Positions 1 through 8,806 of a DNA stretch of 20,000 nt are shown piece by piece. Under the pieces are notes generated by a model. The model saw only the letters and a program-made list of their open reading frames with translations. It was not told the origin of the DNA and did not search any database. The translations under genes and the position numbers were made by a program. This DNA comes from an uncultured virus (IMG/VR IMGVR_UViG_3300044451_000218) (lineage: Duplodnaviria > Heunggongvirae > Uroviricota > Caudoviricetes), in the IMG/VR virus record IMGVR_UViG_3300044451_000218. One strand, 5' to 3'. Within the stretch, counting starts at the first letter, position 1. Each line of letters opens with the position of its first letter.

Positions 1-33
1 CGCACGAAGAATCCAACCATAACTGGAGCTAAC

Positions 34-525
34 ATGGGCCTCATCCGTCGCGGCGCGTTCTGCAACGAATCCACGCTGTTCCAGCGGGTCTGTGCGCCTC
101 GAAAGACTTCCGTCTTCTGCTTCGGCGGCGGGGGTTCTGGCCTCTCCAAAGAATCGCAGGAAATGATCGACAAGTATTTCGGGTGGGAGTACATGGGCGA
201 GGCACAGTTCGAGTTCGGCAAAGCCGCCGAGTGCCTCGCGTTCATGTTCGAGAACCGTGACAAACTCGTCACCTGCGAGAACAACGGCTACTTCTTCCTC
301 GTTCGCGAGGACGTGAAGGACCAAGCCTTCGCACAGTTCGCGGCGGTTGAGAAGAAGGGCGGCGGTCACGGCCGCAGTCTGGGGCTGAAGCGAGCCGAAA
401 CCCTCGGCTGGTTCGATTTCGAGAACGGTTACTTCGTCGGCCGCACGGCCGAGATCCGAGACGCGGTCAAGCAACTGCTCGATGAGGACGCGGAAGATGA
501 AGCCCCAAACGATCTTGCCAATTGA
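34..525 (+). CDS. hypothetical phage protein
   Basis: 163-aa ORF with GGAG RBS upstream and GC3-rich codon usage. Confidence 0.75.
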   Translation: MGLIRRGAFCNESTLFQRVCAPRKTSVFCFGGGGSGLSKESQEMIDKYFGWEYMGEAQFEFGKAAECLAFMFENRDKLVTCENNGYFFLVREDVKDQAFAQFAAVEKKGGGHGRSLGLKRAETLGWFDFENGYFVGRTAEIRDAVKQLLDEDAEDEAPNDLAN

Positions 526-1057
526 AGGCCCGATCAGGTTCAAACCGGACGCCGACAAGGGCTACAGGGAACTTGTCGGCGCACTCAGGCCGCACTACGC
601 CTCGATCAGCGGCTACGATCCGAAGACCGTAGTTCATTTGCTGGCGAGCATGTGGGCGCACCCGGCCAACGAGTACGAAGCCACGAAGCTTCTGACTGGC
701 AAGCCCGCGCAGATCTACCACCACCTTCAGCCGCCCGAAGGGGACTACAAGATCGAGGCGATGGGCGTCAGCAGCAACCTAGTGCGATTCCTACACGGTT
801 GCGACATCCTGTTTTATCGGTACGAGAAAGATAACCCGCTCGAAATCATCAGCATGTTCGCCAAAGACAGGTGCTTCCTGTCGCTCGATCCGATTTCGAC
901 CACGGATTTTGAAGCCGGGATGTTCGGTGAGTACGATTACCGGGGCGTATTCGTCGTCTACCAGTTGGGCGTCCGCGCCTTCCCCGAATGGTCCGAAGCC
1001 GTGTGGAAGTCCTTCCAGTGCGAAGTACAGCCGCACATCATTTTCTCAATGCCGTAA
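497..1057 (+). CDS. hypothetical protein
   Basis: ORF overlapping the end of the previous gene; start may be 482 or 497. Confidence 0.7.
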   Translation: MKPQTILPIEGPIRFKPDADKGYRELVGALRPHYASISGYDPKTVVHLLASMWAHPANEYEATKLLTGKPAQIYHHLQPPEGDYKIEAMGVSSNLVRFLHGCDILFYRYEKDNPLEIISMFAKDRCFLSLDPISTTDFEAGMFGEYDYRGVFVVYQLGVRAFPEWSEAVWKSFQCEVQPHIIFSMP

Positions 1058-1078
1058 CGCAATTTCGGAGACATGGTT
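1058..1078 (+). promoter_or_regulatory. repeated intergenic motif CGCAATTTCGGAGACWTGGTT (copy 1)
   Basis: 20/21 identical to 19614-19634; both copies lie 40-50 nt upstream of a gene start. Confidence 0.55.
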
Positions 1079-1129
1079 CCTGAACGCTTGTTAGTTGCGG
1101 GTTCCACTCAAACTCGATGAGGAAGTGCA

Positions 1130-1474
1130 ATGCCTGTCACGCTCGCGGCACCGAGGGAGTTGACTTTGGTGCCTGTGTTTCATGTGAAGAACGCCGAAGA
1201 ACTTGAACGCCTCCAGAACGAGTTCTCCCAGTTCAAACGCCGATTCGAGTTGGCCTCCTACATCGGCGAGGACAAGGTCATCAACGTGTTCGTGAGCAAC
1301 GAGTACACCACTCTTTCCGAGCGGACGGTTATCACGGTCTGCGCCTGCAAGATTACGCTAAGGGACACGCGCGATCTCGGCGAAGTGTGGTCCTCTCCGG
1401 TCGAAACCTTTTACCGTTTCGGTAACGGTATCAAAGCCCAAATCTTCGTCATCCGCAACACGATGCCAAAATGA
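1130..1474 (+). CDS. hypothetical protein
   Basis: 114-aa ORF, GAGGA RBS, ATGA overlap with the next gene. Confidence 0.75.
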   Translation: MPVTLAAPRELTLVPVFHVKNAEELERLQNEFSQFKRRFELASYIGEDKVINVFVSNEYTTLSERTVITVCACKITLRDTRDLGEVWSSPVETFYRFGNGIKAQIFVIRNTMPK

Positions 1475-2253
1475 AACCAATACCCGAACTCGGCAAACGC
1501 TACTATCGCAAACGCGGCATGACCGCGTCCGTTCGCCTTGTCACCAAGATCGAAGGTGACAAGGTGTTCTGGCGTTTGCTCTACGGCCCCGGAGCCAAAA
1601 AACACCCAGAAGGACAAACCACGCTCAACGGGATGAAGAGGTGGATGACGGCCGAATACAGCGGCGACGAAAACTACTACAGGCTCGACGGCGCGGTGAT
1701 CTACCAAAGCTACCTCGTCCAGAACGTTGACGGCGAAACAGCGTTCCGCTGCGGTCGCAAACGCGCCCTGTTCTACCTCCGCAAAGGATACGCCGTTGAG
1801 GTCGGTGATCACCTCATCAAGCTCGTTACTTCTGAAACGGTGGACCGCCTGAAGCAATTGCACGGCGAGGAACTCACCCCGTTCTTCATGGCTGTTAAGA
1901 ATCAAAAATGCGTCGTCTGCGGCGTTGACCGGCCGCTCACACGGCACCACGTCGTGCCGCGCCGTGTCACGAAGATCCTGCCCAAGACGGTGAAGTGCCG
2001 TATCTCGAACATCCTGTTCGTTTGTGTGAAGTGTCACTCGAAGTACAACGACAACGACATCCAACACGAAGAACTCGATCCGCAAGCTTGGGTCGATCAC
2101 TTCAACAAGGTGATGGAGCCGAAACAACTGCCAGAAGGATGGACGATTTTCACTGTCAAAGAGGGCGTTTTAGACGAAAACGGAGATCCGCCGCCACTTC
2201 AGCCGGTTCCGGTCTATACTGACCAAGTTGTCGAAACCCCTGGTGGAGTCTGA
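1471..2253 (+). CDS. HNH endonuclease (EXD2-C-terminal-like / PLMP-like N-terminal segment)
   Basis: CVVCG...LTRHHVVP...NILFVCVKCHSKY zinc-binding HNH motif. Confidence 0.85.
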   Translation: MKPIPELGKRYYRKRGMTASVRLVTKIEGDKVFWRLLYGPGAKKHPEGQTTLNGMKRWMTAEYSGDENYYRLDGAVIYQSYLVQNVDGETAFRCGRKRALFYLRKGYAVEVGDHLIKLVTSETVDRLKQLHGEELTPFFMAVKNQKCVVCGVDRPLTRHHVVPRRVTKILPKTVKCRISNILFVCVKCHSKYNDNDIQHEELDPQAWVDHFNKVMEPKQLPEGWTIFTVKEGVLDENGDPPPLQPVPVYTDQVVETPGGV

Positions 2254-2255
2254 AC

Positions 2256-2630
2256 ATGGGCAAGATGAACATCAACGGCGTCGAGTACGACGTTCCTAAC
2301 GGTTCGAGTGTGTCGGTGGTCAACGGTGTGGTGACAATCGGCGGCAAACAGGTTACGAGCTACACCGAGCCGGTCAAGCTGAACGTGTTCATCACCGGCG
2401 ACGTGGGCAGCGTCAACGCGGCCGGCAACGTCGAGGTTCGCGGCAACTCGAAGGCCGTCGATGCCGGCGGGAGCGTGGATGTCGGCGGCAACGTGGACGG
2501 CAAGGTGGATGCCGGCGGGAGTGTCACCTGCAAGGATGTGAAGGGCGATGTGGACGCGGGCGGCAGCGTCACCTGCGGGAACGTTTCCGGCAGCGTGGAC
2601 GCGGGCGGCAGTGTTAGTTACCGAAAGTAA
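2256..2630 (+). CDS. Gly/Val-rich beta-helix repeat protein (bactofilin/adhesin-like)
   Basis: Repeated V.G.VDAGGSV(T/D) peptide units. Confidence 0.7.
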   Translation: MGKMNINGVEYDVPNGSSVSVVNGVVTIGGKQVTSYTEPVKLNVFITGDVGSVNAAGNVEVRGNSKAVDAGGSVDVGGNVDGKVDAGGSVTCKDVKGDVDAGGSVTCGNVSGSVDAGGSVSYRK

Positions 2631-2640
2631 AGGTGCAATC

Positions 2641-2997
2641 GTGAGCGGAACCAACGCAGTTGTCGAAGTTGACATCGGCATCGACAACGTCTACGGCCAC
2701 CAATTCGTTCAGAACGAAGAGGTGCGAAACACGGATCGCGGCCAGCAGGCCGTCTACCCACTGAGCCAGACCAACTTGGTCGTGGGCGGGCTGTGTGGTT
2801 CCGTTTACCTCGGCGACCAGCACATCGGGTTGGTCGCCGACACAACCGATGGGTACAAGATCATCGACCCCACCGGCAAAATCGAGTCGGTGCGGATCAA
2901 CCGCACTACCGGCAAACTCTTCATCAACTGGAAGGAACCGATCAAGGCGGGCGAATCCCGCGTGATCGTCTCCTACGAGTACGGCACAAAGGGCTGA
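2641..2997 (+). CDS. hypothetical protein
   Basis: GTG start after AAAGGT RBS, directly after the previous stop. Confidence 0.7.
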   Translation: MSGTNAVVEVDIGIDNVYGHQFVQNEEVRNTDRGQQAVYPLSQTNLVVGGLCGSVYLGDQHIGLVADTTDGYKIIDPTGKIESVRINRTTGKLFINWKEPIKAGESRVIVSYEYGTKG

Positions 2998-2998
2998 G

Positions 2999-4114
2999 AT
3001 GAACATCCTCCGCAAACTCGTACTACGCATTCACGAAACTCCGACCCGTGCCGTCCTCGCCATCACCGGGGGCGGCACGGAAGCAATCGGGGAGCTTCTG
3101 CGTTATGGACAAGGCTCCAGCACCATTCTGGAAGCCGTCGTCCCATACGACCAACAAGCGTTCCGCGACTTCGTCAAAGGCACGCCCGACAAGTATTGCT
3201 CGTCGGAAGCCGCCAACGATCTCGCGGCATCGGCTTATCTTCGCGCCCGCCAATTAACGAGCGAAGGGCCGGTCGTCGGCGTGGGCGTCACCTGTTCGCT
3301 CACGAAGGACGGAGAGCGAGCGGGCCGCAAGCACAACGCATACATCGCCGTACAGGGTGACGACTCGACATACGAGTGCGAGGTTCTGCTGAAAGATGCC
3401 GTTCGCACCCGCGCCGAACAAGAGGCTCGTGTGGCCGAGGCCATCATCGGCTGTCTGGCGATGATGTGCGGAATCCCGGCGTCCGAAAATTGCATGTCAC
3501 ACAACCTCATCTGCAACGGCACCCACTACGGCGTCGGGCAAGAACTGATGGATGTGTGCAGGGGGCAACTGGACGTTACGCCGCAGTGCAGCCGCGAAAA
3601 TCGCGTCATCTTCTCCGGGGCGTTCAATCCGCTCCACGCGCAACACGAAAAGATCGCGGCGAAGGTGGCCGAACTCACCGGGCAACGTGTCGATCTGGAA
3701 GTCTGCATCAAGAACGTGGACAAGCCCGCGCTCAGTCACGCGGTCATTCATCAACGGCGTGACCATTTGAGTGTGGCTATGTACCAGAAGGATTGGGCCG
3801 GTTCACTGTTCTGGACCAGCACACCCACCTTCAAGCAGAAGGCTCTGGCCTTCCCGAAGTCCACCTTCGTCATCGGGTGGGACACCTTCACGCGGCTCAA
3901 CGATCCCAAGTACGGCGATCTTGACGAAGCCGTGGCCGTGTTCAGGAAGATGGGTACAAAATTCCTTGTCTTCCATCGTATCATCAACGGCGTATCCAGT
4001 GCGGACGCCCCGGCGACCGAATGGCGAATGGCCGAGTTCGCCAAGATCATCTCGGCCGAGGAACTTCCTCCGGTCGATATTTCCAGCACTCAGATCCGTA
4101 ACGCGGGAACCTGA
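2999..4114 (+). CDS. CinA/PncC-like domain fused to a NadD/NMNAT-type nucleotidyltransferase
   Basis: N-terminal ITGGG...GSSTILEAVVPY CinA-like region; FSGAFNPLHAQH (HxGH-like), IGWDTFTRL and C-terminal ISSTQIR motifs. Confidence 0.8.
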   Translation: MNILRKLVLRIHETPTRAVLAITGGGTEAIGELLRYGQGSSTILEAVVPYDQQAFRDFVKGTPDKYCSSEAANDLAASAYLRARQLTSEGPVVGVGVTCSLTKDGERAGRKHNAYIAVQGDDSTYECEVLLKDAVRTRAEQEARVAEAIIGCLAMMCGIPASENCMSHNLICNGTHYGVGQELMDVCRGQLDVTPQCSRENRVIFSGAFNPLHAQHEKIAAKVAELTGQRVDLEVCIKNVDKPALSHAVIHQRRDHLSVAMYQKDWAGSLFWTSTPTFKQKALAFPKSTFVIGWDTFTRLNDPKYGDLDEAVAVFRKMGTKFLVFHRIINGVSSADAPATEWRMAEFAKIISAEELPPVDISSTQIRNAGT

Positions 4115-4116
4115 AC

Positions 4117-4494
4117 ATGGAACTCAAGGCGCTATACACCGAAGGCAACAAGCCCGAAAGCGTCGATAAGGCCGAGGAAACAAGAAAAGTCTTCCTCGAC
4201 GCCATGAAGACTTTTCTGGCGATGCCGACCAATCCGGTTCTTAGCGCCGAGCAGAAGAAGAAGATCACGGACAAGGTCGAGTGGCTGCTGGCGAACGAGT
4301 TCCGGCCGACGTTCTGGCGAAATCTGGACTGCCAACTGAACCTCCGGGTCATCGAAGGCGTCGTTCAGATGACGCCGAAGCTGCTCGTGTGGGCAGAATA
4401 CCGGAAACAGTCCGTTCCGAAGGTGAAGGAAGGCCAGACCATCCCTCACGCCAAGAACGGGAAAATCATCAGAAGCGCAAAGGGACTGTCATGA
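4117..4494 (+). CDS. hypothetical protein
   Basis: 125-aa ORF in the operon, ATGA overlap with the next gene. Confidence 0.7.
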   Translation: MELKALYTEGNKPESVDKAEETRKVFLDAMKTFLAMPTNPVLSAEQKKKITDKVEWLLANEFRPTFWRNLDCQLNLRVIEGVVQMTPKLLVWAEYRKQSVPKVKEGQTIPHAKNGKIIRSAKGLS

Positions 4495-5096
4495 AGAACG
4501 TCTACAAGGTCAACGGGCTTCCGTTCTGGAACGCCAACGAGATTGCCGAACGCGAACACCTCGTTCGCGTTTTCCCTCTTTACCTAGAAGAGTTTTTGCG
4601 AACCGAGAACGCCGCGTGGCACTCGCACCGCATCGAAGCTCCCGTCCTGACGCCGCACGACCACATCAACCCCAACTACACTGATCAGGACGTGTGCAAA
4701 GTGTACGACCGCCACATCGAGAACGGCGAGCCGCACAAAGCCTACTTCGAGTGGGCGGTTCGCGGCTGGCTCTCCGACGAAGCACACCGCTACCCGATGG
4801 GGAAAGGCGCTAAACCCGAATACTCCTACTGGGACGGCCAGAAACTCAGCTACGTCGAAGCCCGCAAGAAGATCTACGCCCCGCTGTACGCCGGCGCGGT
4901 CGAACACACCGACGCCTTCAAACGCCTCAAAGAGATCTACGAGGCCGAGAAAGAGATCTGGCTCTGGGACTTCGACGCCTACGACCACCACAAGCTCGGC
5001 ATGACCTACGAGCAGGTGATCAATTCGGAAACAAGAAAGATGGGCCACTGCTTCGTCCTCGGCATGCTACTCGAAAACCAACGGGTGTGGGAATGA
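4491..5096 (+). CDS. hypothetical protein, possibly chimeric (C-terminus DUF6939-like)
   Basis: ATG at 4491 overlaps the previous stop; RYPMGKGAKP...LSYVEARKKIYAPLY motif. Confidence 0.65.
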   Translation: MKNVYKVNGLPFWNANEIAEREHLVRVFPLYLEEFLRTENAAWHSHRIEAPVLTPHDHINPNYTDQDVCKVYDRHIENGEPHKAYFEWAVRGWLSDEAHRYPMGKGAKPEYSYWDGQKLSYVEARKKIYAPLYAGAVEHTDAFKRLKEIYEAEKEIWLWDFDAYDHHKLGMTYEQVINSETRKMGHCFVLGMLLENQRVWE

Positions 5097-5332
5097 ACGA
5101 AAAGAAACTGATACTCGTTCGGGTCGAACAGTACGTCAGCCCCGAATGGGGACAAGACCGCACCCAGTGGGTCAGGTACTTCTTGGCACCCGACCTCGAA
5201 ACTGTCAAAAAGACCGTGTACGAGCGGTACGGCAAGCCACACTACTACAGCATGGACCGCGAAGAACTGAAATACAGCTTCAGCGAAGAACAGTTCGAGA
5301 CACTCGACACGAGGATCGAAGACCGTGAGTGA
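5093..5332 (+). CDS. hypothetical protein
   Basis: ATGA-coupled 79-aa ORF. Confidence 0.65.
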   Translation: MNEKKLILVRVEQYVSPEWGQDRTQWVRYFLAPDLETVKKTVYERYGKPHYYSMDREELKYSFSEEQFETLDTRIEDRE

Positions 5333-5333
5333 T

Positions 5334-5453
5334 ATGAAAAACAAACTGCAAAAGGTCGTCTTCCTCAAAGACCACCGCTGTTTCAAAGCCGGCGAAGAGG
5401 TCGAGTTCGGCCCCGCCGTCAACCTGCTTGAAACCTGTCATGAGCGTATGTAG
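5334..5453 (+). pseudogene. truncated N-terminus of an ABC/SMC-type ATPase
   Basis: MKNKLQKVVFLKDHRCFKAGEEVEFGPAVNLL then breaks off where a Walker A would normally follow. Confidence 0.4.
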
Positions 5454-5486
5454 TATTACAAGACAAAGTTAAAAAAGGAGATAGCC

Positions 5487-5651
5487 GTGACCAAGTGGAA
5501 AGCGACGTGGCGGTGCGACCTAGAAGAAGAATTCTGCACCGACTTCCACGTCTACGAACTCGACACCCAGACACTCAGCGAAGCCGCACTGTTCATCGAA
5601 CAGGACATCGGCTGTCGCGGCACCCTCATCAGCCTCGAACGCGAACTATGA
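5487..5651 (+). CDS. small hypothetical protein (54 aa, not in ORF track)
   Basis: AAGGAG RBS, GTG start, MTKWKATWRCDLEEEF..., stop overlaps ATG at 5648. Confidence 0.6.
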   Translation: MTKWKATWRCDLEEEFCTDFHVYELDTQTLSEAALFIEQDIGCRGTLISLEREL

Positions 5652-5977
5652 ACTACACGCGGCAATCGATCCTCGAAGCCCTCAAACTCGCCGGCAAGCC
5701 CATCAACCGCGACAAGCTATTCAAAGAGTGGATCGAATACGCCGACATGGACCTCGTCCGCTTCAGCGAACAAGTGGTGACGGGCAGCGGCACGCTAATG
5801 GTCTTCAACGCCGCCGTCGTAGACCTCCTCAACAGTCATGAACCCCGCACAAGAAGTGTGTTTCAAACTGATCGTCAAATTGACACGCGGCCTCGAAGCA
5901 CAAGGGGTACTCGCCACTTATCCGTACCTAAGAGAACAATCGGGCAAACAAGCTCCAAGCACGATCCCGCACTTTGA
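5648..5977 (+). CDS. hypothetical protein
   Basis: ATGA-coupled start; 3' part overlaps the next ORF by 140 nt, so the end is uncertain. Confidence 0.5.
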   Translation: MNYTRQSILEALKLAGKPINRDKLFKEWIEYADMDLVRFSEQVVTGSGTLMVFNAAVVDLLNSHEPRTRSVFQTDRQIDTRPRSTRGTRHLSVPKRTIGQTSSKHDPAL

Positions 5978-6089
5978 ACACTGCTTCCGGCAAGCACTCA
6001 AAGACGAACTGATCTTCGACATCAAGGGGTTGTATTCCACCAAGCGGCCCGGCGGCATCCGCGACCTCGATGACGGCTGGCAATCATGA
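5838..6089 (+). CDS. hypothetical protein
   Basis: 83-aa ORF, ATGA overlap with the next gene. Confidence 0.55.
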   Translation: MNPAQEVCFKLIVKLTRGLEAQGVLATYPYLREQSGKQAPSTIPHFEHCFRQALKDELIFDIKGLYSTKRPGGIRDLDDGWQS

Positions 6090-6418
6090 CCGACAGTTAC
6101 AACCCAAGCCCGACCGAAGGTTACATCTGTCGAAAGTGCCGTTGCACGCAAGGGTTCCTCTTGCCGTCCGGCATGACCGTAGTCTGCCTGAACTGTCCGT
6201 GGGAAGAAATGGTTCCAGCAATGATACCCACAGCACCAGCGAACTACCAAAAAGACGGAGTCCCCAAGCACTTCAACGACTTGAAGGACTACGAGTACCA
6301 ACTGCTCGTACTCTTCAAGAAACTCCTCGAAAACGGCCCGCAAAGCCCCGACCAACTTTTCGAGTGGTCGAGCCGCCAGTATCGCTTTGAACACCCCGTC
6401 GCGAGCTATCGGTTTTAG
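6086..6418 (+). CDS. zinc-ribbon-containing hypothetical protein
   Basis: CRKC...CLNC pair. Confidence 0.6.
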   Translation: MTDSYNPSPTEGYICRKCRCTQGFLLPSGMTVVCLNCPWEEMVPAMIPTAPANYQKDGVPKHFNDLKDYEYQLLVLFKKLLENGPQSPDQLFEWSSRQYRFEHPVASYRF

Positions 6419-6562
6419 GCCGCAGCCACCGACCCCGCAGTCAACCGCCTCTGCCTCCTTGCCTTCTTGCACCAAGAATATCTCGAAATGCACGACGGCA
6501 AGATCACCCTGCCCCAACCGCGAACGCTCGACGCGTCGTGGCGGGCCTAACCGGAGAAACAC

Positions 6563-6778
6563 ATGCAGTCCCTCAAGCTCGCCCTCGACCTCTTCCCCGG
6601 ACTTGACACGGGCGAAAAGACATGCACCATCCGCAAGGGGAAACGAGATATTGACCTCGGCCCCCTGCTCCTCGCATCCCCTTGCGGCAATCAGAGCCGC
6701 GAAGTCTACGTCTACGAGGTGCGGGTCAAAACCCTCCACAACCTCACCCAAGACGAGGCATACGCGGACGAAGCCTAA
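6563..6778 (+). CDS. ASCH-domain protein, apparently C-terminally short
   Basis: GEKTCTIRKG signature and L..LT.DEA..D motif; GGAG RBS; only 71 aa. Confidence 0.65.
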   Translation: MQSLKLALDLFPGLDTGEKTCTIRKGKRDIDLGPLLLASPCGNQSREVYVYEVRVKTLHNLTQDEAYADEA

Positions 6779-6779
6779 A

Positions 6780-6813
6780 CGAAGAAGGGGGAACCGAAAC
6801 TCCCCCTTCTTCG
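6780..6813 (+). terminator. stem-loop, probable terminator
   Basis: CGAAGAAGGGGGA / TCCCCCTTCTTCG 13-bp inverted repeat right after the stop codon; weak U-tract. Confidence 0.55.
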
Positions 6814-7329
6814 CTACCGTGGCGGCGGGGCCGGCATCGGGTAAGGTACGGCTGGTGGCGGAATCATCACGTCGTCGCATTGGCACTTCTTCTTGCGGTG
6901 GACGCAACCCACACACAGAACCACCGCCAGCAGCAGAATCACATTCTTCATGACGAACTCCTTTAGTTGGGCCGGATCAGTCTACACCGCCACAACCAGT
7001 ACCGGAGGCCGAACAATGAATCAAGACCAACAACCGCCAGCTACAGACCCGCACGCCCCGAAACACCTGAAACCGCTCCGCATCTTACGCAGAACCCCGA
7101 ACAGATCACCGAGGAACTCAAAGCGAGAGCCTCGAAGGTCAAGAAGAAGATCGCACGACTCGAAAAGCTGAAACGGGTCAGCCACGAAGTCATGCGGATG
7201 CGGTGTTGCGCGGCTCCCTAGTTAAGAACAAACTAGCAGAGCGTCATGCCAAAAAAGTGATTTCCCCAATGGGAGATGCCATTTTGGTCTATACTGACAT
7301 CCTCGTGATTAAGGGCGAGGGCGACAGCA

Positions 7330-8805
7330 GTGAAGAACTTCAACGTGGCAACAGATTCCTTGTTCTTTGTCGCCGAGGGCGATCAAGAAAAGCTCGTTTC
7401 TGCTCTCGACATCGAGAAGAACGGCAAGAAGTATTCACAGTTTCTTGGCTCGCCAATGCAACAGGCGACCTACATGAACGCCATCGTCGCCATCCTCAGC
7501 GATTTGAAGGCCAATGGGAACACGTCCCAATACGACATGTCCACCTTCATGCAGCAGCCCGACTTGTCAACCAAGTACAACATCTACTTCCCGTGGAAAA
7601 CGCTCGCGAAAAACGATGTGCATCGCGAGATCGGCTATTGCAGTTCACGGATTCCTGTAGGCCAAAACGAAGCGTATCGTTTTAACCCGCACCCACAAGC
7701 TTTTGAGTACGAGCTTTGCCAACGATGCTGCGCATATGGTTTTTTGGAAAACATCCTGTTTGCCCGTAGTGGTGGGCAAGGATGGAGTCCTGCTTTGGCC
7801 GGTGAAAACCCCCTGTATGTCTGGAAGACCGGGGAGAACCTCGCCGACTTCATTCAACTGAACAGCGGCCAGCCTGAAAAGGCCGGGTGGGACGTTCTGA
7901 AAACCCTCGGTACTCCAGAATCTCCCAACTTGCTAACGCGCAATCAAACATACACATACAACCCAAGACTGATGGAATGTGTGTGGAAGGCACCGCTACA
8001 ACCTTGCTTTTTGTGCGGCGACTGTGAAATGCCTCATGGCAGTGAAATGTATTCTCGTGGGATCAATACGAAGTTTACCAAAGAGTCACTTTTGAAAGGC
8101 TTTCAGAAGAAATGGCACGGGTTCAAACCGACCGAGAAGGAACATTTCTTAATTGTCCCGTGCGAAGATGATAGGAAACTTGTGCGTAAAGACGGCAAAC
8201 GCATGATCGCTACGGCAGACAACAAAACTATTGCCGAAGCCGCCTACGCTCAATTTGGTGACAAATGGATCGCAATCGGAATGATGGTTGAAAGTGTTAA
8301 GAAGTCCTCGATTTTCGAGCAGTATCTCGTGACCCCTGACACTTGCCCGCAGCGAAGGAAACAGCCCCCGCACAAAAACTTCAAGAAGAGGCTTGACGGC
8401 TCAAGGCCCAAAGTCGTTGTTCCAAAACCGATCATCTCTACAGCGGAGGTAAGCCGCGAGATGATCGCAAAGGCCGTCGCATGCCTGAGCGAGATCCCCC
8501 AAGAAAAGCTCGCAATGTTACGCAACGCCTGTTACGGCGCGAGGCATGAAAGCGATGCCGAGGTGTTGGATTTTCTGGACGGTCTTTGGCGGAAGGTTTA
8601 CCAGAAGACCCGACTGACTTTCAAGAGGGTCTTTTTTCAACTGGTTCTCGCCTACGCCTGCAACCCGCGCAGTCGCAAGAGCGGTTACCTTGCTAAACAT
8701 TTGGCTCGCAACGTTCAGCTATTGGCACAATCGCCCTGTTCTGCCGTTGTGTTCGGCGAAGTCGATTGGTACTGTGTTTTCTCAACCATGTGTGGAGTGA
8801 AGTAA
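7330..8805 (+). CDS. cas8e: Cas8e (Cse1/CasA)-like large subunit with a C-terminal Cas11 (Cse2)-like region
   Basis: N-terminal FNV.....F.V...VS..D, LCQRCCA....FARSGGQG....GENL..FIQLN and CFLCG motifs as in Cse1; first gene of the cas operon. Confidence 0.8.
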   Translation: MKNFNVATDSLFFVAEGDQEKLVSALDIEKNGKKYSQFLGSPMQQATYMNAIVAILSDLKANGNTSQYDMSTFMQQPDLSTKYNIYFPWKTLAKNDVHREIGYCSSRIPVGQNEAYRFNPHPQAFEYELCQRCCAYGFLENILFARSGGQGWSPALAGENPLYVWKTGENLADFIQLNSGQPEKAGWDVLKTLGTPESPNLLTRNQTYTYNPRLMECVWKAPLQPCFLCGDCEMPHGSEMYSRGINTKFTKESLLKGFQKKWHGFKPTEKEHFLIVPCEDDRKLVRKDGKRMIATADNKTIAEAAYAQFGDKWIAIGMMVESVKKSSIFEQYLVTPDTCPQRRKQPPHKNFKKRLDGSRPKVVVPKPIISTAEVSREMIAKAVACLSEIPQEKLAMLRNACYGARHESDAEVLDFLDGLWRKVYQKTRLTFKRVFFQLVLAYACNPRSRKSGYLAKHLARNVQLLAQSPCSAVVFGEVDWYCVFSTMCGVK

Positions 8806-8806
8806 A

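Noticed and set aside
2395..2615. DNA-level repeats GTGGAYGCSGGCGG
   Set aside because: Explained by the in-frame peptide repeats of the 2256-2630 protein
5918..6916. 332-aa minus-strand ORF and other long antisense ORFs (1411-2127, 4584-5048, 13942-14457)
   Set aside because: Shadows of GC3-rich plus-strand genes, with no motifs or RBS
6893..7221. Short overlapping ORFs upstream of cas8 as a regulator or cas gene
   Set aside because: No recognisable motif, and the frame and start are ambiguous
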